The notes under the pieces were generated by a model that ran no database searches, was not told where the DNA came from, and saw only the letters and a list, made by a program, of their open reading frames with translations. This document shows positions 53,856 to 64,000 of a DNA stretch of 64,000 nucleotides, in pieces. Numbering within the stretch: the first letter of the stretch is position 1; each line of letters opens with the position of its first letter. The stretch comes from Iphione sp. A-MEVVRFRX5 (Eukaryota), in contig OZ320316.1 of the NCBI GenBank assembly GCA_976226885.1, forward strand, positions 40,300,001 through 40,364,000, read 5' to 3'. Both the position numbers and the translations under genes were made by a program.

Positions 53856-55263
53856 CCCAAAAACAACAGGAAGATTAGATCCCATCGGGGGACCTCTTCT
53901 ATCGTATTACGTCTCTTTGATAATTAGAGTGAACTTATCCTCTACCATTATCCATCAGTGCTCTATCGATAAGCAGGTTAATTGGCCGGTTGAGCAATAG
54001 CATGGGGGCGTAGCTGTTTGGACGAGGATAAAAATAAGCCATGACTAATCATTCACTTATTGGGAGATATGCGACCAGGCTTTAAAGTAGCTTACCTATG
54101 GAAGTGGGTGGTCTCCATGATATGTGTGGACTACCTCAGTGTTTGAATACGTCTTGAGTTAAACAGGTAATTTCAGGAAATATAGTTGATGATGTCAACC
54201 AGACATGAGTTATTCGATTAGTGTTGCAGTGTTTTTGTTAGCGTATGGTTTATCAATGTAAACATCATTCTTTCCATGGATCTCGTATCTTTGAACTCAT
54301 GTCTATTCCCGTATTTTCAAGCCTTCTGTTGGCCGCGCTTCTGATCATTATGCACAATGTAAAAAGGGGCAGTATTTGAGTGATGAACTTAACATGTGAA
54401 TATGTAGCTTTGTTCGAGAAGCACAACATTTTTTGATGGACTGGATAATATGTGATATAACGACCACAGGTGGAGAATACAGTGCCATATTTCATCCAAA
54501 CCACCCATCAGTAGATAGAGTGCTTTTAGAGGCAGGATATAAAGTGATTAGTCTTGATAGAGCTGCCATCCTTATCAGGAATATCTGAGATGAGATACAT
54601 TGTATCGCTTGTTTCCACCGATGCTTTGCTCCCACCGTCGGACTCGTAGACATTATGTAAACCATCTAATGTTAGGTTGACAACTGATGCTTACCACGGC
54701 CACCACTTTTGGCCCGCAGTGCTCTCCCAGAGAGACTGCTTACTTGAGCAGGGACAGGGCCTGTCCTGACTCTCACCCGCTCCCCTGTCTCTGCAGCTCC
54801 CTCGCTCGCTGACATTAATGCGTTTCTGATTGAATTCGGAGGCTTGTTTCAAACTGCCGCTGGGGCCTTAAGCGGTATTTGTTTTGGTTACCTAAAAGCA
54901 GATGTTAACGGTCTCCTTCCTGACATGGAAAAGGCTTCAGTCCATTTGGGATTTTTTCCCAAGAAAATTTGGTGCAATACACGCGGTTCTTTGATTAAAA
55001 AATAATCGTCGGAAAATTCAACATGGCACGACTGTAACGTTTCCATCAATCAACACTATTGCTGTCTTTTTATGTTGCATATAGCATATTTTCCGGTCGT
55101 ACAATTACTACCTAATTGCTTTATAGCCTCAAAACAGCATTCCTGGGTTGTCATGAACCATCATAGCATTTTGGCCTGAAATTGATGGCATTCTTTCTCA
55201 TCAGAGCATCTCGTACCAAATGTTGATCCTAGGATTACGTGAGTAATGCTTTCAGGAATCGTC

Positions 55264-55304
55264 ATAAGTATATAAGTATATAAGTATGAGATAAGTATAT
55301 ATAT
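55264..55304. repeat. (ATAAGTAT)n short tandem repeat
   Basis: Three adjacent ATAAGTAT units plus a fourth after GAG. Confidence 0.75.
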
Positions 55305-55605
55305 GGGCTGTTACAAGAGTATCAATTGTGAACGGAAGATAGGGTGACAAATCCTGATCTCTCGTATACTAAATTAAATTTGGGACGGGGCTAAGGCTCT
55401 CGTATACTTAATTGTACACATGCATGCAGTTTGAGTGCATCTTTTATGTGCAAGCGGTTGCTTTGAACCGGAGAGTCTAAAATTTTATATTGCCGGCCAT
55501 TCAAACCCACTCCTGGAGAGAGACCGTTGCATTCTGCTCAAGGCACTCGGATGTCTGTCTCATCAAGCAGACTGCCATCAAACCGAGCACGCACAGACGG
55601 CAGCG

Positions 55606-55691
55606 ATGACTCAGCAGAAACGAACTCGCTGACTCCGATGCGTCTGCGCGAGAATCCGGTCACCTTAATGGCTATAAAAGGTGTCACGTGG
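55606..55691 (+). promoter_or_regulatory. ARE + TATA + E-box cluster inside the DAAM intron
   Basis: ATGACTCAGCA (55606-55616, perfect CNC-sMaf/Nrf2 ARE), TATAAAAG (55673-55680) and GTCACGTG (55683-55690). Confidence 0.4.
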
Positions 55692-58600
55692 TCATGAGTG
55701 CCTCCTTCATCTCTTGAGAACCCTTATCTAATTACGGAAATTAATTACATGTCTATCCAGCCGCTGGCAAGCATGATAAGAAAGCACCATCGTGAATGCG
55801 TATTGCATTTCGCACTGTCCCGCAGAGGAATGGGAGGTATCTGCTGTCTTTGTATGTAAAAGGACATGTAATTTAACCTGTACTCATCAGGACTGGGTCA
55901 GCTCTGTACACTTCTCAATTTCCTATAGCTTATTCTTGTATACAAGCAACTGACGAACTCAGTCTGATCTTGTTGGTCGATATTCAATGTGATTCAAGAG
56001 TTGCATAGTACGGAAGGAAGAAGGGAAGGAGAGAGAGGAAATGAAAGCCACTACGGTTGTATTTGTAGTGGATTATCACTACCTTCCTTTGATGTTTTGA
56101 TGCCGCTGTTCAGCAGTGATTTTCAGGGGAAATGTAATTTGAGAAGCTATACCCGTGTTATGTTCAAAGAGATATATCACTAGATAATTCATCAAAGGAA
56201 GGATAACTTCATAATGGATGATAGTAGGTTTGTCACATGACATTCATTTTTCAAAAAGGTCAACCTGACATAGGAAGGCGATGGACCAAACAATGACAAG
56301 CATCCAAAAGAACATTCGCCTTCCAACGTTCACTGCGTCGACATTCTTTTGCAAATTATGGACACTGGCCACAGTCAGTGTCCTCCGCCCCCCCGCCCCC
56401 CTGCCCGCCCGAGGAAAATTCACGACCGAACAAAGTGCAAAGGCCAGACTTTTTTGCAGCCATCTGTTAATGGTGGCTAGAAGCTAGGTATGGGAGGAGG
56501 GGTGACTAGTCAGGTGGTAATCCTGTGGTCAGTCTGGGTCACTCGGATGTATGCTGCTTTCAGTTAGGAATTGTTGTCTATGAAGGTTGTGGCCACTGGC
56601 TACCGTGGGGGACCAAGGGCCCATAGGCACAGTGCATTATATTCTGAAACAAACCTTTTGCTATTCATAGGTTATGGGCAAGTGTTGTTATTTCTCCATA
56701 CAATGGAACATCATGCCCGTACCACAACTTCCGTCATTGCTACAGAATGGAAGTAAGCTTGTATTGCTTATGTTAATACAGCCGCGTTGTTATTCTACAT
56801 AGCATTAATGGTGTACATAGCATCTCATTAGTTTACACTTATTTCATATGAGTACGAGGTGTTTCCATGTCGCTCTCTTCTCTTAGATCCCTTTACTGTG
56901 CAGTAAGATACTGAAAATAAGCCTGTAGCTGGATGATGGATAGGCCGGTTAGCAGTGGTCGCTGTAGTTGGCTCGGGGGCTAATTTTAAAGACAGCCTTC
57001 GGCTCCGCTCCTCGTATAATGCCCATTGTGAAGTGAACATAAATGCCTTTGGTGATGGGTCAGGTTGGGAAGCCTTTCGGTAATTAAGTTTTGTCATTTA
57101 ATGAGTTTATGTGTGCGAAGATGGAGCATTGTTTCATTAGACTCAGGTAATTCTTTTTATCCATGAAACCAAAGGCACACGGGACACAAATGCAGACGTC
57201 TATTAGATGGCTTTTAGTAGATAGTCAGGAGCCTTTTCCCGTATTTATATCACCATGTTTTTATCGATAAACATCTGGCACCACTGTTGCTCGGTCTTCT
57301 TCTAGATCCTGCTTTCATTTAGTGGTTATATTTCAGTCGATGTTCCAGTGTGAATGAGCCCTAAGCCCTGTTTTAAGTATTTTGCGCCTCTCGTGACAAT
57401 AGCGAGTGAAGATAGCTTTTTCACACGGACTGTATCATGGCTGCTTTCCTTAATGAAAAGACTTCATCGTGACAAGCACCTCACAGCCCGATCAAATAAG
57501 AGCCTGTCAGTCGTAGTCGCATCACGCGTCCACCAGGGGACGCCACCATACTAAGTAGATGAAGGACCCCCGAGGTCGCGCCCACACAAGGCAGAGTAAA
57601 GTCCTCTAGGCAGGGGAGTCATCCTAGCTACAATCCCTAGACAGCGGCGGGATTACCGGTATCCGAATCGACCTTCAATGTATCCGGTCTTCTTGCGATA
57701 TCCGCCTCCGTATACGGTTTTGCAGGAGGATTAACATTCCGTATTGATATATACCTGACTGAATGTTATCATTGATTTGGATCTCTACTTGTGTACTTTC
57801 TTACAGCTCTCTATTATAAGCTGTAAACCACGTAATAATCTTCATAAAACCCTCTATCAGTAGCCCTCGTAAGACCGTCTTTTTGTCCACCACCTCCAAA
57901 TGGAGGGAGGACCTTAGGAATGCTGCTGCCCAGCTGTCCGACCCTCCGTCTTGATCTTGTGGGCCTATCTCCTCCAGAACCATGGTATCAAATACTCTGG
58001 TTTTACTTGGGTATTTCCCTGTATAGACTCTTTCGATCGGCTAATTTTTCTGTCATTTCAAATGAGTTAAAGCTCAGATTGACATGTTTTAATATATAGT
58101 TGTATACACCGACACAAACGCAGAGTCAGTCAATTTGTAGATTTCAAAGCATGAATCTATGCCATGGTGTACTCACCCACGCAGAACTAATTAGTTCCAC
58201 ATGGTTGATTGACTCATGGGGCTCAGTAGACCTGATGGATCTCATTACTTGTTTTTGCATGTGTTGCTTTCATATCATTTTCAGTCGCTGCTCTAGGGTA
58301 TTCATCTTTAAATTCGATTATGCGGAAGAAAGTGGGGATTCGAGCATGATTAGAAAGCAATCTGTTTTAAATGCGTAATATCGTCGATAACGGATTTCTT
58401 GTATCCTCGTTTATACAGTGGTCGCATGGAGCATGGCTCATTGAATTAAGATGCCCATTTGTATGGGCCTTACACCCGAAAGCGGTACTTGTCGACCTAT
58501 ATGCCATCCATATTACTAGAAGCTGAAGGATTATCACAAACACAAGGGTTCACGAGGGATCCGGCGGGATCCAGGAGCATCCTCTACCAGTGTTTGTACT

Positions 58601-61600
58601 AGCATAGATCCCCAGTCGATAGGGGAGGGTCCAGGCGGACGCTTCGCGCCAGATGGTAGTGCTTAGCAAGTGCCAATCAACAAATTGCAGCTCCCTGCTT
58701 CAACAGCCTAGATTCCCTCTTGACTGAGGCGTGCCCGGCAGGAAGCAGTTGCTAGGCTGCGTTTGGTCTGCTCAGGGTAATGGGACATGCATTACTTTAC
58801 GAAGTTACGATTCTGGTAGAGACGTGGCATTCTTTAGGAACATGCCAACTTGCACTAAAATAAAGAGGAGGTGAAAGGATTTGAGTGATATAAAACATGG
58901 GCTTCCCAGTCGACAACACGAACGGGGTTAATGTATCAAGTAATGCGGGCAGTGGAGCAGCAATAGAAGTAAGCTGCCAAAGCGAAATAAACCTCACTTA
59001 GTTTGACAGGACCTGACGTGCGAACTGCAGCACTTCAGTCGAAGGCTAGACGTTCGAAGATCACAGATGGTGATAGACCAAAGGTGGCGAGTATGCTCAA
59101 GGTCATATGAAGGTGAGCTCAAGGTCGCCCAAGGTCGAGGGACTATTGGTGTGGCGTTCGTCCCGTCTGACACGGAGGACCAGTTGTGCAAACACTTCTC
59201 GAGTATTCCCGAACTCGACTGTGTTATTTCGGGTAGTGAAATCAGGTCCCGGACCCTCAGTACAGGATAGAAGACCGGGTTATTTTAAAAGAACATCCCT
59301 CTCTCGTCAGACGAGCCTAGATAAATGCTGCTTTACATGGAAACACCCTGAGTCTTAATGGCAAATGAGGAGAGATCCTATGTCAATACAGGGAGGCACG
59401 CCATTCAGCAAATAAGAAACACAAGTCCTTGCAAGGAAGCCCTTATTGGCCCCACATGTATACATGTACGCGTATACGCGAAGTTCGCTTTCCTTGGGAC
59501 CATATTGCAGGTCCTTCAAATATCCGCTTAAACAGATGTTATCAATTTTTCATTTGAATTCCGTTCTGAAGGATCGGCGATAAAATCAGTTTGTATTTAT
59601 AGTTCACGGCCAAGGATTTAGGACAGATCGGGATATTTTCTCTCACAGTTGGTTTGTCTGCCAGGTAGACTACCATCTCAACACAGGCTGTGATCTTAAG
59701 ATCCGTGAGTATTTTCTGATGACATCTTTGTCCACTCCTTTGACCGACCGCCGGCTTGGCATCTTTCCAGCAGGTTAAATCATCTCCTTCGGGAAACGTC
59801 ACCTGGTCGAAACTATGCTGACAGGCATTCATAGCTAGCCAAAAAAAACGCAGACAAACAACCAATACAAAAAGGTGAAGAATATGAAAACGAGTAGTTA
59901 CGAACCACGGGAATATGAAAGTGACTAAATAGGACCTTATAAACTGTGTGTTTATATAACACACCACTCGAGAGGAAATCTTTGTTCGCCATTCCGCACT
60001 GAGGTCGAAATAGACCCGGCATCATGCCCTATGCCTAGAGTGTAAAAGAAAAGAAGAGGGACAGGTTGTTGTCTGTAGAACCTGCTTAACCTCAAGCATG
60101 ACAAGGTTATGGTGACTGGTCATCGTTGTGCATCGCTGCCGCGCTACAGGCGTAGAGTCTACATGACCTTTGTCCACTAGCCATCAGCACACTCATTGTT
60201 TGTGTAGTGATGACTCAGTTTCAGGCAGATTGCTACCGTCTGCTACTGGTCTGCGACACACACGGCCAGGTCCCCGAGTCCTCAGCTCAGGCCTATCAAT
60301 ATTGAAGCCTGTGGCTGATACTAAACACAGGATATTGCCAACCAGACGCGTTGGCTAGTTGTAAGATGAAGGTGGACTCGAATACAAACTGGAGATATCC
60401 AGATGAACTCACACGCCTATGGGGGAAGGGACAGTGAAAGAGAAATAAATGTCACCATACATATATCTTGATACCACAGATCGATCGCTCATCGTGCAAA
60501 GCAACTAGATTCACGTGTCAGACAAGACCTTTTATGAATACATAAGGCCAGTTCGATCAACTTTTGTAACGATCCTATACAGTGCACTCTCAGTGAACAC
60601 AAATAACAGGAAAAGGCAGTTATGTATCAAATAAGAAAATCGTAAGAAAATAAAATTCATTATTAGGAAGAGCAAGTGTGAATCCATAAATTATGAAGCT
60701 GAAAAATCATATACATGTATTGAAAAGCTTGCATGTTTTTTTTTTTGTCTCACGTATGCCATTCTACAAGAAGTATTTCATTTTCCACATCTGAATACAT
60801 GCATTAAAATTCCAAAGTAAAAATAAAAATTTTTAATTCCAAAGTATTTGTCGGTCTGAGACAGATTGCCTTCCTTTGAATTATAGGCCCTCTCACTGTC
60901 CTTGAGCACCCTCTACCTTATGTAGGGGGGTGAGTCAGGCCTCTCTGCAAGAGCTTCTAATCATCCTTTGAGCTTTGGACCAGACCTTTACTGAGCGCCT
61001 ACAAGTACCATTCAGCTCTCAATCCTAGTTGAAGTCCTCCCCCGCTCTCATTACAGGGCAGAGGAGCACTCGATGCCCGATGCCTCACCAATAGACCCGA
61101 CTAGCCTTCTGCTGTTCACTTCATGCAAGCGGATCCCACCCATTAGACTGGCCATTTGATTCTGCGATCGATGTGCAATTATAACAAGGTCAGAAAAAGC
61201 AAATGGTAAAGACGGTGGAAATGCCGACACCTGGCACCAGACGGGTCATCTCTCTTGTTTTTTCTCAGCGACCAAAGCCTCAACACGCATGATTTACTAC
61301 ACCGAACGAGTGAAGTCCCTCTGGCGGTCACTGCACCGTGCCGGTGGCTCAGCTTGCAAATGTCTCTCTAATGTGCCCATTAGATGGCTGAAAGTCGTGC
61401 CATTATGCATGCTTGGTTATGAGACTGACATTTATTAAAGCCAGATGGGATTTTTCCTCGTGTAATGGAGGCTTGGTATCAGATTCAATCAGCTTTGATG
61501 GTGTACATCAGCATAATACGACGATGTCTTACAAAACGATAAAAAATTTAATGCTGTGACATTCTTTCAGATATGAAATGAGGATATGATAATACAGTGC

Positions 61601-62350
61601 TGCGCAGTGTTACTATTCCAGACGTCATTCACATCTATGTCTTTTATAGCCCTTCACAAATGAAATGCTGTCGGGACGAGGCGATCCCGCCCTCTCGCGA
61701 TGCTGTGGTGAATGCATTTAGATTGAAGTAGCAAGTTGGTTCGTTTCCTAAGGGGTTCCGTGTCACGATGATTTTGTGTAGCCTGTATGATGTCATTTAA
61801 AACGTATGGTTTTCGCGGTGCACTAGTGCATAAGAACACCAAAAGAAGATTTATTGGTAAATATGAAGTACTATATATATACCACTTGTTCAGAAACAGT
61901 GCATTCGTAGTGATGCACACCGTAACCCAAACTGTATTGATGTTGTTCACACTGAACCACTGAATCAGCGGTAATAGATTTAAATGGAAAATGGGTGGAA
62001 GTACTTTTGGGGTCCAGTTGTACTTTTTAGCTCCAATTTTACTTTAGTGAGCTGTCGTAAACATGGTTTCCACCGGCGGTCTAGTAAAAGGTTTTCTGTA
62101 TGCTGAAGGAGCACTCAACTTTGATGAGACAGCTGAAAGTAGTCTCTGACTACACCACCTGGCGTCCACGACGTTGTTTACCAATATTACACCCCAACTG
62201 GCTCCGTAATGCTTCCAACTAACGCACAAACACACAGATAAGCGTTTTCAGTCGCATACATCAGCTCGTATGCCCAGAAACAATACCGACCAATCCATGA
62301 TGTGAATTTCCCACATGTTTTTGAAAAGTGAAATATTGCTGATTCATTAA

Positions 62351-62380
62351 GATTCAAGATTCAAGATTCAAGATTCAAGA
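62351..62380 (-). repeat. (TCTTGAA)4 tandem tail of the LINE
   Basis: The plus strand reads GATTCAA x4 followed by GA, immediately next to the poly(A) signal of the element. Confidence 0.9.
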
Positions 62381-62802
62381 CCACTTTATTCACTTCTTGA
62401 AGAACATGTTCGTATTCATAAAGGTCTTCCAGCGAAACAGGGTAACCTATGTACATACCGCTGGACATCATTGCTAGATCTACATTCTTTGCTTTGTACA
62501 ATACTAAGTGATATGAGTATTCTATTGAAGATCTGTACTACTTGCACATGTTTCAATGGCTGGCAACCTCAACCTCCTTCACATCTGTCTGTTATATACA
62601 TATATCTACAGGATTATATATATCAGTAGCTATCTTACATATACTTCAAAATACAATATTTACACAGTAATGTTACATAAGCCTGCCAGAGGAGATGAGA
62701 TCCAATCTGCCGGAAGTTAGTGATACGCTGTCATATCCAACATATCATTTTCTGATCATAGTATACAACAACTGAGACTCATCCTGATCTTAAGTACAAA
62801 AG

Positions 62803-63999
62803 TCATTGTTTGGTGATATGTGCTTGCAGCAATGAGACCCTTTTCCTGAATGTCTTTAGATCCTCACATGTTTTCAGTCTCATCGGCAACTCGTTCCATT
62901 GTTTGATTCCTGCATAAATAAAAGAAGACTTATAAATCTTTGTTCTTGGTCTGCGTAGGCATAGTGTTAATCCAAGACTCAAACGCGTTCCTACACCAGT
63001 TTTACGGTTATTTTCTTTCAGCATACCAAGGAGATAGAGACGATGTATTAAGCATAGCAATGCTCTCTGTCCACGTAATTCCAGGGACTCAAGTCCCATC
63101 TTCCTTCTAATGCTCAGATTAGACTGAAAAGATTTGCGTTTACCCAGCGTAATACTTCTCATAACTCTATTGCAACTGACTTGCAGTTCGTCCAAGATAC
63201 GCTTACTATGGTTAACCATGAAGGGTAGACTATAATCATAGTAAGACAATAAGAAGCTTTTAAATAGACGTGACTTGTCCTGAAATGGTAGCTGCCAGGC
63301 CATTTTACTTATGTAATAACACCTACTCCTTGTAGTTTTCACTAGGTTTTTTGTCAAACTTTGCCAATTCAGGTCTGAATTTAAATGATATCCCAAGAAT
63401 TTACATTCACTTTGCTTCACTAGTGAGTGTCCATCTAGGTTCAGATCCAGGTCAAAACCCTTACTTTTGCCAAAAAGCATATAGAAAGTTTTCTCAATGC
63501 TTATAACTAGGCCATTGTCAGATGCCCATTGTGCAGTATCCCTGATCCCTCTCTGTAATTTCAATCTAAGAGCTGTTACATTCGAGGCTGTCGCATAAAC
63601 TGTAACATCATCAGCATACATCAACGTCTTTGTCACAATGTGAGATTTCGGAAGATCATTTATCAGAATACTAAACAGAAAGGGACCAAGGATACTGCCT
63701 TGAGGAACCCCTATTGTAACTGGTAAGAGTTTGGACAATGCACCATTACAGCTTACATATTGTTTCCTTCCAGTTAAATATGAGCGAATCCATTCAATAG
63801 TTCTCCTTCCTACACCTGCCTTCACCAACTTACGGAGTATTATATCATGATTTGCCACGTCGAATGCTTTTGTCATATCGAAGAAGATTGTTCCCACATG
63901 TTTATTGTCATCAACTGCTTCATAAATACCTTTAAGTAGTAATGCTGTTGCTGTAGCAGTACTTCTCATCTTACGAAACCCATGCTGATCATCTGTAAA
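62803..63999 (-). CDS. LINE ORF2 reverse transcriptase plus C-terminal region (partial, 5' end outside the window)
   Basis: The frame is open upstream of the annotated Met (FTDDQHGFRKMRST). It shows RT motifs in order: QHGFR, FFDMTKAFD, WIRSYLTGRKQYV, GVPQGSILGPFLFSILINDLP, MYADD, WASDNGLVISIEKT, KFLG, then C-terminal SFIYAGIKQWNELP. No stop or frameshift in about 398 codons. Confidence 0.95.
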   Translation of the reverse strand, partial: FTDDQHGFRKMRSTATATALLLKGIYEAVDDNKHVGTIFFDMTKAFDVANHDIILRKLVKAGVGRRTIEWIRSYLTGRKQYVSCNGALSKLLPVTIGVPQGSILGPFLFSILINDLPKSHIVTKTLMYADDVTVYATASNVTALRLKLQRGIRDTAQWASDNGLVISIEKTFYMLFGKSKGFDLDLNLDGHSLVKQSECKFLGYHLNSDLNWQSLTKNLVKTTRSRCYYISKMAWQLPFQDKSRLFKSFLLSYYDYSLPFMVNHSKRILDELQVSCNRVMRSITLGKRKSFQSNLSIRRKMGLESLELRGQRALLCLIHRLYLLGMLKENNRKTGVGTRLSLGLTLCLRRPRTKIYKSSFIYAGIKQWNELPMRLKTCEDLKTFRKRVSLLQAHITKQ

Positions 64000-64000
64000 A

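Larger units (their letters stand above)
62351..64000 (-). mobile_element. 3' portion of a CR1/L2-group non-LTR retrotransposon (LINE), antisense within the DAAM intron; its 5' part lies beyond the window
   Basis: RT ORF open to the window edge, a 3' UTR of about 410-450 nt, AATAAA on the minus strand (62385-62390) and a terminal (TCTTGAA)4 tail. Microsatellite tails are typical of CR1/L2-group elements. Confidence 0.95.

Noticed and set aside
59542-59967. 141-aa minus ORF
   Set aside because: No recognisable homology or splice boundaries.

Overview
This is eukaryotic (animal) genomic DNA: AT-rich, almost entirely non-coding, with two assembly gaps. Its composition (very frequent TACATGTA, a GC3-rich exon) suggests a marine invertebrate such as a lancelet, but the taxon cannot be fixed from sequence alone. 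Two elements are firmly identifiable. (1) The first coding exon of a DAAM-family formin lies on the + strand (CDS 51253-51414, clean splice signals). I found no next exon, so the following intron runs past the window end. (2) A CR1/L2-group non-LTR retrotransposon is inserted antisense in that intron (62351 to beyond 64000), with an uninterrupted RT ORF, an AATAAA and a (TCTTGAA)4 tail. Weaker calls are two decayed Penelope-like RT remnants (about 18.9 and 21.6 kb), several mini- and microsatellites, and GC-rich promoter-like islands (12.9-13.2 kb; 40.1-41.3 kb, a candidate DAAM promoter/5'UTR). The other ORFs in the track look like chance ORFs. I see no convincing new multi-gene system. The best leads are compact regulatory-motif clusters, a TATA/hairpin/CTAG element and strong sequence-word biases, all of which are hypotheses to test. 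Protein comparisons are from memory of the families, not from database searches.
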